Shown: positions 17,124-27,100, counted from the first letter of the stretch. The stretch is DNA of 48,809 bases from a virus (IMGVR_UViG_3300033512_000145:1-48809), one strand, 5' to 3'. The notes: generated by a model from the letters alone, not told the origin. Translations and numbers: made by a program.

Positions 17124-17164
17124 GATCTTCTCCTTTATGCCCGGCTTACCGGGCTTTGGTTGGG

Positions 17165-17629
17165 TTATAAAAATAGAGCTTTTTTGATTGTGTCATATGC
17201 CTGAGCTTTTTCGGCCAGACTTGATATAGTTTTTTCCTGACAGCTTCTTACTTCTCTGAGCGCTGCAATGGTTTCTTTCATGTTTATGTTTTCGGTTTCA
17301 AGCAAGGTCATTGCTTCTTCACGCTCTACGATTGCAACCATCCTGCTTTCGTGTTCATCCATCAGGCTTGTTTCTACTTCTGAGATAACGGCATTGCAAA
17401 CAACATGCTTTGTAATTTCTATAAATGTATCTTGAGATAAGCAGCATCCAGCGGCCCAGATAAATGTCTTTCTGGTAGGTTTATCAAGGGATGAGTACCA
17501 AGTTAAAATATCTTTCATGCTTTTCATGCCAACAAAATCTTGAAAGTCTAAAACGTATTTTAATCCATTACCTTCTTTAACTATTCCGTGTGTTTCAAAG
17601 CTGTTTAATATCTGGTTTATATCTTTCAT
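17165..17629 (-). CDS. Hypothetical coiled-coil protein, first gene of the leftward operon
   Basis: aaggag RBS; downstream of the sigma54-like site. Confidence 0.7.
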   Translation of the reverse strand: MKDINQILNSFETHGIVKEGNGLKYVLDFQDFVGMKSMKDILTWYSSLDKPTRKTFIWAAGCCLSQDTFIEITKHVVCNAVISEVETSLMDEHESRMVAIVEREEAMTLLETENINMKETIAALREVRSCQEKTISSLAEKAQAYDTIKKALFL

Positions 17630-17680
17630 TTTAAAGTCTCCTTGTTTGGGTTGTTGGCTTGTGCCGTTATATATCTATAA

Positions 17681-17736
17681 TGCAATCATGATGCCAAAGT
17701 AAATCAAAATTAAATAAAAATGGTAACGTGTTGATA
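17681..17736 (-). promoter_or_regulatory. Sigma54 (-24/-12) promoter with upstream IHF site
   Basis: Minus strand TGGCAT-CATGA-TTGCA at 17696-17681; TATCAACACGTTA at 17736-17724 matches WATCAANNNNTTR. Confidence 0.7.
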
Positions 17737-17889
17737 TTGTAATGAAATAATTTTAAATAGTCACAATGCAATCCATGCCAAGGTATTTTTTCATCAAAAA
17801 ATAGTAAAGAATACTGACGGTATGTAAAGAATATTTTTTACAATGTGTCAGCTTTTTTTATAGCCTGGTATACCAATGGTATTTTTATA

Positions 17890-17918
17890 TTGACAAATGG
17901 AAAATACAAGAGTATAAA
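17890..17918 (+). promoter_or_regulatory. Rightward sigma70-type promoter
   Basis: TTGACA-17 nt-TATAAA. Confidence 0.6.
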
Positions 17919-18189
17919 TTAAGTATGGATAATCCGCAAAAAGTATCTGAAAATTGCCTGAGGAACCGGAAAGCTTTGATATTCAAGGCTTTTATTGTTT
18001 TGAGGATGGACAAAAAATTAACGTGATACCGTACCAAGGCCCGGAAAAAGAATTGGAATATCCGATTTTCCCAAAAGGCAAGCGGGTTGAATATCTGGCC
18101 GAAGGGTGTCTGATGGTGCCCAAGCATGGTGGGACATAAAGATATAATCAAAATGGTAAGGGTTGAACATAAAAATGTTGTTTAGCGGG

Positions 18190-18545
18190 AGTTGTCATCA
18201 AAACAGAACCCGGATTGGAAACAATCATAGAAAGAAAAATGAATCCGTCGGGGTGCTCATGGCCCCGGCACAGGCAAACAGGTTTAAAGGCGTCAACAGC
18301 GTCCGGAGCTATAAGTCCGGAACGGAGGCTTCGTCCACCTCAGAAAACGGATGCCTGATACAAGCCCGGCGGGTTGTCTGGTAAACGCAAAGGTCCGGCA
18401 AGCTAAGTGCCGGTTAATTACCAGTTTATAAGAGGGTGTCGGCCGGTTGAATCAACAGCGTTTGAGTGAGTTGTCACGAGCTGCCCTTGACGGGATCAGG
18501 GGGATTCAAAAATACAAGACGCCACAAGGGGGCCGATAACAAAAT
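18190..18545 (+). ncRNA. Candidate large structured ncRNA, family not recognised
   Basis: About ten nested helices and a long-range ggcgtc/gacgcc pairing in a GC-enriched intergenic island; strand inferred from the upstream promoter and GNRA loop. Confidence 0.55.
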
Positions 18546-18747
18546 AGGCTCATTACTTTTTTGGCATTGTAAATAAAAGTAATATGAAATTAAAAAAACA
18601 CGGTTGGGTTGGTAATGGAGTATGTGAAAAGTTTTACATGATATCAACGGATATTGATATGAAGATTAATTGATATGACAGGGCAACAGATAGGTAAAAT
18701 GACCAAAATAATCAACATCATAGGCAGGGGCCAGGGCATAAGTAAAG

Positions 18748-19278
18748 ATGTCAAGGTCTATGGCAACTCCTTTATTTTACAGCTTAAGCAAGGCCGGTAT
18801 GGGTATGATCGAGACTAAAGCTAAAGCCAAAAAGCCAGCAAAAAAAAGAAAGCCTTTAACCAAGGATAACCCGGCCCGTATGGTAAGAGATGTTAGTATA
18901 GCAAAAGATAGGCTAAGCGGGTGTTCATATTCCGATCTTGCCAAAACCTATGGCATATCCATGATGCAGATATCCAGGATACTAAATGACAGCGATATAA
19001 AGGATATAATCAATACCGGTACAAGCACAATGGTATCCATGATCCCTCTCGCAAACCAGGTATACCACGACAGGTTAAGGGACAACGATAAGCCAGAGCT
19101 GCAATTAAAAGCTGCTCAAGACGTGGCAAAAATATCAGGTATCATGCCCGGCGCCGTACTCAATCAAACTATCAACAACATCTACAACCAACAAAACAAT
19201 ATCGTTACGACAGAGACCGCCGCTCTGGTACGTAGGCTACTGCCCGGATTTGATGAGGATATCATAGATGCCCAATAG
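18748..19278 (+). CDS. terS: Putative terminase small subunit
   Basis: HTH (SYSDLAKTYGISMMQISRIL), QLKAAQDV, N/Q-rich tail, position upstream of terL; start may be 18799 or 18805. Confidence 0.65.
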   Translation: MSRSMATPLFYSLSKAGMGMIETKAKAKKPAKKRKPLTKDNPARMVRDVSIAKDRLSGCSYSDLAKTYGISMMQISRILNDSDIKDIINTGTSTMVSMIPLANQVYHDRLRDNDKPELQLKAAQDVAKISGIMPGAVLNQTINNIYNQQNNIVTTETAALVRRLLPGFDEDIIDAQ

Positions 19279-19878
19279 CCCATATATTTTTTTCAGAAAC
19301 ATATCAACCAATCTTGATATGTTGATACCAAACTCTGCGTTGGGCTTAAACAGGGTAGGGGGTATGGGCATCACCTTATCACACACACAGCCATGTGAGA
19401 CACTTCTGTCTCATGATACAATAGTGTCTCATAGAATCCAGCCCCATTCCACAAAACAAGCACAAAATCCAACATACTGTAATCACAACAAAAAGGCTTC
19501 TTTTTGCACCGCGCGGAGACTTCACCAAAATGCAATACCTCAACTATCAGGCGCCATATTGCGGAATACCTCAATGGGTTTTGCTGGCCATAATATTTTT
19601 AAAGGTCATGATGTAACAACCGATATCATTGGTGCTGTAGCGTCTTGCTTGTTTGATAATCAATTTACGTCCGATAATATAGAAACTGTAAACTTTTTGT
19701 ATAATTAGGGGTTATTGTGGATAAGCCATTGAAAAGACAGGCAAATAAGGCAAGCAAGGCCACTGAGGAAAACCTCAACTGCCAGAAACAGGAGGCCGTG
19801 GGGGGGAGCGGATCAGGAGTCCCGGCCGGGATGGGACCCATGGAATCCCCCCCAACACACGAGGCCCAAAAACATGAA

Positions 19879-20070
19879 ATGGCATCCCGTTTCAATCCCA
19901 AGTACAAGTTGGACCGATGTCCCAAGTGTTCGATGATGAGCATGAATTTTATATACGTGAGTGAGGCCCTGTTGGCATGTTATTTATGCGGGACGGTTTT
20001 TGTTTGCAAGGAAGTGAGGGACGATTTCAAGAAGAACCTTGACAAGGGGAATGTTATTGATCACGTCTAA
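19879..20070 (+). CDS. Small Zn-ribbon protein
   Basis: CPKC...CYLCG; start uncertain (ORF open from 19717). Confidence 0.55.
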   Translation: MASRFNPKYKLDRCPKCSMMSMNFIYVSEALLACYLCGTVFVCKEVRDDFKKNLDKGNVIDHV

Positions 20071-21601
20071 GGCTGCTATAGATTTAGCGACTGTATTCAG
20101 GCACGCTGCGAGCTGCAAGGCAACTGGCCAGTTAAAGGCCCTTATGAAGATGGATTATAACATTGTCGGTATTTTTTCTGGAAATCAGGCTGGCAAAACT
20201 TGGGGAGTTGCATACACTTATTTTTTAAGGATATTGGGTATTCACCCTGTAGAACGGTTGAATAAGCTTGCAAGAAAGATCAGGTGTATGAGTCCCTCAC
20301 TTCCACAGCCTGGCGGGAATGATGACCAGGACAATACACAGTATTTAGAGTTCAAGAAGCTTTTACCGGCTGAGATGATAGTCAAGGATGTAACAGCGAG
20401 GAATTCAAGCGTGATTGTGAGAAGGCCTGACGGGTCTAATTCAATACTTGAGTTCAAGTCTGTGCATCAGGAGATGCAGGATTTAGGAAGGATACAGCTA
20501 TCTTCTTGCTGGCACGATGAAGAAACACCAAGAGGCCATAGGGATGAATGTAAGATGAGGCTTTTGGCTGAGGGTGGTGACGAGTTGTTTTCACTGACCC
20601 CGACAAATGCGCTTTCTTATACTTATGCTGAAGTCTGGCAGAGGGCCGAAGAGATTTACCGGACCCCGACGATACAGAAGAAATTCAATTTACCTGAAAG
20701 AGAATATCCGAATAAGGGAACGAATATCGGATGTATTCAGATGGCAACGGATGACAACCCGACGCTTGAGCTTTCTACAATAGACTTTTTATTTCAGGAC
20801 ATAACTGACCCGGCTGAACTGGCATTAAGAAGATACGGAGTTTTCAGTCAGATCTCAGGGAGGGTTCACAAGACTTATGACCCGGCTATTTGTTACATTG
20901 ATTTCAAGAAGCTGTTTGACCGTATTCCTTACGAATGGATGCACACCATCGGGATAGATTACCACGAATCGAGAATTCCATGGTCGATAGGATTTATGTC
21001 TTGTTCTCCCGATGATGAATGGTTTTTATGGAAAGAGCTTCACCCAGCGATAGATGGGCCTAACGCTTACAATACTTACGACATTACAAAAATGATTTTA
21101 AGAAGCTGCGACGATTATATTTACAAAGCCTGTTTAATGGACCCCTTGGCGAACAAGAAACAGTCTAACACAAACACGTCAGTGATAGACGATATAAACA
21201 GGCACGTTCATCAGATAAGACGAGACACCGGCATAGGAACGAATATGTTCTTTCAGCCATGGGACACGAAAGGGGTAGGTGGAAGGGACGAAATTTCAAA
21301 AAGGTTCAAGAACGCTTCAAGAGTGGGAAGACCGTTTAATAATCTTGTAAGAGAGAACGGAAAACTAAGAAGACTCCCGACACTTTGGATATCTCACGAA
21401 TGCCCAAAGTTTCACAAATCAATCATGAACTGGTGTTATGGTGAATTTGTCACAGCGAGCGTCAAAGCTGTAAACGATCCAAAGCCGACACCGCAACAGA
21501 AGAACTCTCATGATTGTATGGTCCTGGAGTGTTTGGCTAAAGACAACAGGGTTTTAAACGCTTCTTTTTTAATCCATAACCCGGCAAGGCAGGTAGCATG
21601 A
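20051..21601 (+). CDS. terL: Terminase large subunit
   Basis: Walker A SGNQAGKT, Walker B WHDEE, LTP coupling motif, DNPTL, nuclease GIDY...MDP...HD. Confidence 0.92.
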   Translation: MLLITSKAAIDLATVFRHAASCKATGQLKALMKMDYNIVGIFSGNQAGKTWGVAYTYFLRILGIHPVERLNKLARKIRCMSPSLPQPGGNDDQDNTQYLEFKKLLPAEMIVKDVTARNSSVIVRRPDGSNSILEFKSVHQEMQDLGRIQLSSCWHDEETPRGHRDECKMRLLAEGGDELFSLTPTNALSYTYAEVWQRAEEIYRTPTIQKKFNLPEREYPNKGTNIGCIQMATDDNPTLELSTIDFLFQDITDPAELALRRYGVFSQISGRVHKTYDPAICYIDFKKLFDRIPYEWMHTIGIDYHESRIPWSIGFMSCSPDDEWFLWKELHPAIDGPNAYNTYDITKMILRSCDDYIYKACLMDPLANKKQSNTNTSVIDDINRHVHQIRRDTGIGTNMFFQPWDTKGVGGRDEISKRFKNASRVGRPFNNLVRENGKLRRLPTLWISHECPKFHKSIMNWCYGEFVTASVKAVNDPKPTPQQKNSHDCMVLECLAKDNRVLNASFLIHNPARQVA

Positions 21602-22005
21602 TGGACGTGAACAATATTTTCATAGATAGGGATAAAAACTTAGAATCATTTTTGGAAATATATCCTAAAAAACTAAGAAGAGGTTTTTTAAGACGATGGA
21701 TAAAGAAAGGGATTGGTGGTTATTCTCAACCGTTAAGAGTTTTAAACCGTGAGAAGCACGATATTATATCGGTTATAGACGATTTTAATGGGCAGGTTAA
21801 CCCGGATACAATGACCATTTTTTATTTATTCCCATTTTTGAAAAAAGCCGGAACGCATATTATAAAAGATGCAGTGCGTGCTTACGCTGATAAAAGAATA
21901 AAAACAATAAGTATAAAGAACGGCTATAAAGAGGTCAAGTCTGTTTTTGATTATTCGGTTATTGGAAGTTCAATAGCTATTGAAATGAAAATAGAGGTTG
22001 CATGA
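21598..22005 (+). CDS. Hypothetical protein
   Basis: Overlapping start/stop between terL and portal. Confidence 0.6.
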   Translation: MMDVNNIFIDRDKNLESFLEIYPKKLRRGFLRRWIKKGIGGYSQPLRVLNREKHDIISVIDDFNGQVNPDTMTIFYLFPFLKKAGTHIIKDAVRAYADKRIKTISIKNGYKEVKSVFDYSVIGSSIAIEMKIEVA

Positions 22006-22229
22006 GCGAGAATTTATTTTGCGAAGGCAACAAGAAGGTAACGCAAGCCACAAAAGACGGCTGGTATAGAACCTTCAAAGGATACCCTGAGATCAACGAC
22101 ACGGCCAGGAACATGCTCAAGGGAATGACAATGGGCGAAAGACTGTTGTTTTTTTGTGAATATGTGACCGACGATTCAGAATATGCTTCATTTTTAACAA
22201 GGGATTTTGAAGATGGAATATGGGGATAA
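22002..22229 (+). CDS. Hypothetical protein
   Basis: gagg RBS, overlapping start/stop. Confidence 0.55.
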   Translation: MSENLFCEGNKKVTQATKDGWYRTFKGYPEINDTARNMLKGMTMGERLLFFCEYVTDDSEYASFLTRDFEDGIWG

Positions 22230-24129
22230 AGAAACCCAAGATATAACCCCTTGGGAAGATAAGGTTTGCAGTCAAATTTATGACGAATGGAAACAAGGAA
22301 GACAGTATGTATCTGACTTGAACGATATGTTCGATGATATTTATGACATGCTCAGGGGTGAAAGGCCCTCAAAGAAGTATGATTTTCAATCGAATATCAA
22401 CATTAATAAGGTTTTTCAAGCTTGCTGGACCGCTATCCCTTACTTGATGAAAAAAATGTTTGGGGCGACTCCTATCATTGGGATTTCCTCTTTTGATAAG
22501 AAGGGAGCATGGCAGAGGGAGCAGATTTTAGAATTCTGGCATCAGTTGCAAGGACCGGCTAATTCTCCACACATCCCCTTTTATTTGGTTATGGTTTCCA
22601 TGACTTTAAGAACTCTTTTAAATGGTGTTGGGTATATGAAAAAAACCTGGCGCCAGAAAATGAAAAAGGTAACCCGTGAGATACCGGTAAAGATTCCTCT
22701 GGGGCCAGATGCAACAGGGCAGATGCAATTTGAAAAGACAACCACAAAGAAAACCGAGTCTGTCCCGATAGAAGATTTCCCACAGAACATGGTTGTTAAC
22801 AACAAAGACATAGTTCATGACTGGCTTTTACAACCGGGTCAAAGCATACGGCAGGGCAGGTTTGTCATACATAGAACGGTTCAAGACCTTGGCAGCCTTT
22901 ATGAAGCAGGTCTTTATGAGAACCTTGACCAGATTGTAGGGGATGTCATCGAAGATGATGAACATTCAGAAGCCAAAAAACACGATGACCAAGAAGAACC
23001 ACCTACATCAGATATTTACACCGACGTTGAACTTTATGAACGGGTAGGACTTTGGAACGTCAAGAAGGAAGGTAAGAAATGGGTTCCGTGTTTTGAGAAA
23101 AGAAAATATGAAGAAGGCTTTGAAAATAAATACATGATTGCCGTTATGGCAAGGGGTGGTGAAGACAGTAAAGATGTTCTAATCCGGTTTGAACCGTCAG
23201 AATATGAAGAGATAAATTATATAGATTCTCATTGTTATATGGACCCTGAACGATGGAATTCAATGGGGATGATAGAACCGGCCATAGAAACATTTCTTGC
23301 GATGAACGACATTATTAACGGTATTCAAGATGAGATGTGGAAAAACCTTATGCCGCCTGTAATTGTCAATGAATACGCCCTTTGGAAATGGGACACAATG
23401 AAATACGCCCCTCACCAAAGGTGGTTACAGGGTGGCGATCCTCAAACAGCGGCTTATTTTGTGCCTCCTTCAAACGTAACGAGGGATTCATGGCAGTCTT
23501 ATTCCCTGCTTGACAATGAGGGCCAGCAGATCTCTATCACGAACGCCATGGCGGGAGCTGGTAACGAGAAAACAGCCACAACAAACGTGATGAACGCCCA
23601 GTTATCGGCAGGAAAACAAGATTTCATTCTTGAAATGCTGGAAAAGACCTGTTTAATCCCTTCGGCACAGATGGATATTAGGTTCGCAAAGAAATTCGCC
23701 CATAAAATGAGCCTGAATTTGATAGTTGCGGCGGCGGCTGCTAAAGCCGGTAAACAGGCAGAGGCTTTTAATTTCTCCGATTGGGAAGAAATATACCAAT
23801 ATATCCCAGCCGCATCAAGTGTGAAGCTTGCTGTACAGAAAGAAAAGGAAATTCAGGAAGATATTCAGTTAATTCAGATTTTAAGCTCTGTTCAAAACCC
23901 GAATACTCCCAAAGTAATTAATAAATTTATTGCCAACATTCTCAGAAACAGAAATTCCCCGGAAGAAGCAGCGCTTTTTGATGAGGACTATTTTGAACCG
24001 GCATCAGAAGCAGGGCAGATAGCAAAAATGGAAGAGGCGCTTTCGGGCACATCCAATCAAAACGGGGTTGAAATGTCTGGTCAAGAAGCTTCTGTAAGGC
24101 AATCAACCTATCAACCGAGGGGCATTTAA
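22207..24129 (+). CDS. Portal protein (podovirus type)
   Basis: 640 aa after terL; LLNGVGYMK, GMIEP, NLMPP, KTAT motifs. Confidence 0.85.
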   Translation: MKMEYGDKETQDITPWEDKVCSQIYDEWKQGRQYVSDLNDMFDDIYDMLRGERPSKKYDFQSNININKVFQACWTAIPYLMKKMFGATPIIGISSFDKKGAWQREQILEFWHQLQGPANSPHIPFYLVMVSMTLRTLLNGVGYMKKTWRQKMKKVTREIPVKIPLGPDATGQMQFEKTTTKKTESVPIEDFPQNMVVNNKDIVHDWLLQPGQSIRQGRFVIHRTVQDLGSLYEAGLYENLDQIVGDVIEDDEHSEAKKHDDQEEPPTSDIYTDVELYERVGLWNVKKEGKKWVPCFEKRKYEEGFENKYMIAVMARGGEDSKDVLIRFEPSEYEEINYIDSHCYMDPERWNSMGMIEPAIETFLAMNDIINGIQDEMWKNLMPPVIVNEYALWKWDTMKYAPHQRWLQGGDPQTAAYFVPPSNVTRDSWQSYSLLDNEGQQISITNAMAGAGNEKTATTNVMNAQLSAGKQDFILEMLEKTCLIPSAQMDIRFAKKFAHKMSLNLIVAAAAAKAGKQAEAFNFSDWEEIYQYIPAASSVKLAVQKEKEIQEDIQLIQILSSVQNPNTPKVINKFIANILRNRNSPEEAALFDEDYFEPASEAGQIAKMEEALSGTSNQNGVEMSGQEASVRQSTYQPRGI

Positions 24130-24446
24130 TGGAACGACTTGGAACGCTTGTATATAAGCTTTTGTTTGGGGATGTTTACAAAACAACCATAGACCCGAAC
24201 AAGCCCGAGAACGTACCCCGTATAAACGCCATGCTTGAGGCCGAAAGGGAAGAAAAGAAACGCTTTTGGGAAGGGCCCGGGAAAGTTTTATTTGATAGCT
24301 GGCAAGCGAAAGTCAGAAACGGGGCCTTTGAATTGATAACCAAACCAGATTTAGAATGTAATTGCAAGACATGCTTGAAAATAAAAGAGCTTTCAATGCT
24401 CATCAAGCTGCTTGCCGATGCGGAAATAACCATAAACAAGGAGTAA
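24129..24446 (+). CDS. Head-module hypothetical protein
   Basis: Position after portal. Confidence 0.65.
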   Translation: MERLGTLVYKLLFGDVYKTTIDPNKPENVPRINAMLEAEREEKKRFWEGPGKVLFDSWQAKVRNGAFELITKPDLECNCKTCLKIKELSMLIKLLADAEITINKE

Positions 24447-24452
24447 AAAAAA

Positions 24453-25106
24453 ATGTCAGACGATACTTTACTTGATGGTGAAGCCGGAACGGACGTACCA
24501 GTATTCACACCAGAACAACAGCAGTATGTTTCTAAGATGTTCGACGAACAGACCCAAAAATTGACCTCTCACTTTGGGCGGATTGTGGCCCAACAGTTTG
24601 AAGAAAAGGTTATGCCAAAGGTCAAAAGCGTTGATCCGGACAAACTGAACGAAGAGCTTTCAAACAGGCTTTTCGGCGGTGATGTAACTGGAACAATTTT
24701 GAAAGTTGTTGAGGAAAGGGAAAGAAATAAAACTGAGTTGGAAAACAAAAAGATTGAAGCGATTCAGTCTGAACTTGTTAAATACAAAGACCAGCCACTT
24801 TATAAAGAAATTTATGCTGACGCAGAAAACTTGGCAAAAGAAGCTGTAAAAAAAGGATATCCTCCAGGACCGGCAGCAGAGCTTGCAGTCGAGAAGGCAA
24901 GGAGCAGCTTCCTTTTAAATAAAGACCCTGAACATAGATTAAATATGTCCGGTGGTGGAAAACCTACTCCAAGGACAAAAGCTGTTGAATTACCGGCAGA
25001 TTTAAAAACCGCCGCACAAAGAGACATAGCTGACGGCATATTTAAAGATGAGGCCGATTATATTAAAAATCTTTCCCCGTCAACACGGGCAAGATACGGA
25101 TTATAG
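24453..25106 (+). CDS. Probable scaffolding protein
   Basis: Acidic N-terminus, helical, between portal and capsid genes. Confidence 0.6.
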   Translation: MSDDTLLDGEAGTDVPVFTPEQQQYVSKMFDEQTQKLTSHFGRIVAQQFEEKVMPKVKSVDPDKLNEELSNRLFGGDVTGTILKVVEERERNKTELENKKIEAIQSELVKYKDQPLYKEIYADAENLAKEAVKKGYPPGPAAELAVEKARSSFLLNKDPEHRLNMSGGGKPTPRTKAVELPADLKTAAQRDIADGIFKDEADYIKNLSPSTRARYGL

Positions 25107-25117
25107 GTTTCCCAGAA

Positions 25118-25318
25118 ATGGCTAAACCAGAACAAGAGGATCATGAGTTCGTTCGGTGTGCTAACTGTGGTTTCCCCTGTAAATTAAGCAGGGATAAAAT
25201 CAGAGCTGGCAACGGCAAGACCTATTTCGAGATCCCAAACGACGGACCCGCTCCACATGACAGTATTGTTAAATTTGGCTGTCCATTGTGTGGATTGGGA
25301 GAATATAACACAAACTAA
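25118..25318 (+). CDS. Small Zn-finger protein
   Basis: CANCGFPC...CPLCG. Confidence 0.65.
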   Translation: MAKPEQEDHEFVRCANCGFPCKLSRDKIRAGNGKTYFEIPNDGPAPHDSIVKFGCPLCGLGEYNTN

Positions 25319-25333
25319 ATAAGGAATAAAAAA

Positions 25334-26128
25334 ATGGAAATAGTACGAGATTTGATTGGAGGGTGCAAACCTTCCCCCATCTTGCTTCCGTATAATGGTG
25401 ATCTTGCTGCCGATTCTACTACGAAACGGTATAAAGGTTCTCTTGTGAAGCTTATGGATTTTGACGACATTGACCACGGTACGTTTTTTACTTTTGCGGG
25501 GCTTGCTACCGCTATGGAAAACCTTACCGGTATTCTTGAGGAAGAGGTTTCAGCAGGTTTCCTACCGGATGACGCTGCATATAAAACACCTTTAAAAAGT
25601 GTTTCCCCTTGTTTTCCTTCAACTATTATACGGGCTGAATATGGGCAGACAGACGCTGCCGCTGCCGCAAATTATGATACCGGCGCAACCGCAACAGCCG
25701 CAAGTGCAACATTCACTATTGGAATTACCACCGCTAAAACCATGATTGGTGGTTGGGTGTGGTTCATTAATGGAGCAAATGCTGGATATCTTCATTACAT
25801 CACCGATAATGATACCACGACAGCAACATTTGCAACCGCAGTCGCCGGAGCTGTAGTCGCTGCCGATGATTTCCTGGTAATCTGTTCACCTGCCACAAGG
25901 TTGCTTGACTTGAATGCGACATACACAGGCATCAAGAGTGAAATTGACAACAATGTAAGAACTGATGCTGTGGTAGGACTTATGACTTACATCTCTGCCC
26001 CTGGTATTCCTTTTCAGCAGCTTGACAGAAACAAACACGACGGCTTGAAGATCAGTAATGCGAAGTTTTACCACGACTTCACCATTCCAGTTATGAACCT
26101 GTGGTCAGCCGGTGTGAAAACATCTTAA
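25334..26128 (+). CDS. Probable capsid decoration / cement protein
   Basis: A/T/G-rich beta protein immediately before the major capsid gene. Confidence 0.55.
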   Translation: MEIVRDLIGGCKPSPILLPYNGDLAADSTTKRYKGSLVKLMDFDDIDHGTFFTFAGLATAMENLTGILEEEVSAGFLPDDAAYKTPLKSVSPCFPSTIIRAEYGQTDAAAAANYDTGATATAASATFTIGITTAKTMIGGWVWFINGANAGYLHYITDNDTTTATFATAVAGAVVAADDFLVICSPATRLLDLNATYTGIKSEIDNNVRTDAVVGLMTYISAPGIPFQQLDRNKHDGLKISNAKFYHDFTIPVMNLWSAGVKTS

Positions 26129-26139
26129 GGAGATAAAAA

Positions 26140-27042
26140 ATGGGAATTGCTTTAGCTTCAAATTTTGGGGATGCGCTTGACGCAAGAGTCCGCAAAATAT
26201 ACGACAAGGAATACGAGGAAAACGTAAAAACCTCCATGATTCCTAACCTTTTTGGTATGGAATCGTCCAAGAGATCATATGAAATCCTTTCCGGTATTGG
26301 CGGAATGCAGGATATGCAGCCGTTTGACGGCATGATTGCATATGATACCCCTCAGCAGCTTTATGACAAGACCTTCACATTCCCTGAGAAAGCTTTGGGA
26401 TTCAAGGTTGAAAGAAAGCTTGTTGATGATGACCTGTTCGGTGTAATTGACAGAAAACCGTGGCAGATGGCGGTATCTTCCGCAAGAACAAGAGAAAAAG
26501 AGGCCGCTGGTATTTTTAACGGGGCTTTCGTAGGAACTGACGGGCCTGATAGTGTCTCTTTGTGTTCCGCATCTCATCCCTTCTCACCGAGTGACGCAAC
26601 TGTCCAGAGCAATGCAGGATCAACGGCGATGACAGCGGTGGCTATTGAGGCAACAAGGAGAATCGGTCAGACTGCTATTCTGAATGATCGTGGTGAGCTG
26701 CTTGACGTGAATTATGACATGATCCTTTGTCCTCCTGCCCTTGAAGAAACCGCCTATGAGGTCATTAACTCAAGCGGTAAGGTAGACACAGCCAACAACA
26801 ACAGAAACTTCCATCAGGGCCGGTACGATCTTGTTGTTTGGCCCCGGCTTACCAGTGCAACAAACTGGTTTATGATTGATTCTGTTCTGGCAAAAAAATT
26901 CCTTCTGTGGTGGGACCGGATTAATGATCCTATCAAGATGGATGAGGACTCTAATACCCTTGTGGCATACTGGTACAAATATGAACGGTATAGCGCAGGG
27001 TGGGCAGATTATAGGCCAGTATATGGACATAATGTAAGTTAA
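26140..27042 (+). CDS. Major capsid protein, Mu gpT-like
   Basis: GPDSVSLCSASHP, ILCPPALE, PRLTSATNWF, RYSAGWADYRPVYG; strong RBS. Confidence 0.88.
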   Translation: MGIALASNFGDALDARVRKIYDKEYEENVKTSMIPNLFGMESSKRSYEILSGIGGMQDMQPFDGMIAYDTPQQLYDKTFTFPEKALGFKVERKLVDDDLFGVIDRKPWQMAVSSARTREKEAAGIFNGAFVGTDGPDSVSLCSASHPFSPSDATVQSNAGSTAMTAVAIEATRRIGQTAILNDRGELLDVNYDMILCPPALEETAYEVINSSGKVDTANNNRNFHQGRYDLVVWPRLTSATNWFMIDSVLAKKFLLWWDRINDPIKMDEDSNTLVAYWYKYERYSAGWADYRPVYGHNVS

Positions 27043-27055
27043 CTTAACCCTACTG

Positions 27056-27072
27056 GGGGGAGTAAATCCCCC
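27056..27072 (+). terminator. Hairpin after the capsid gene
   Basis: ggggga-gtaaa-tccccc; weak U-tail. Confidence 0.45.
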
Positions 27073-27100
27073 TGGTTTGTAAACTGGTAGGAGGAATAAA

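Noticed and set aside
18190-18545. Group I/II intron, tmRNA, RNase P or tRNA identity for the structured region; also the 73-aa ORF at 18163
   Set aside because: No diagnostic core motifs seen and no interrupted gene; the ORF has a TTG start, weak RBS and no recognisable features.
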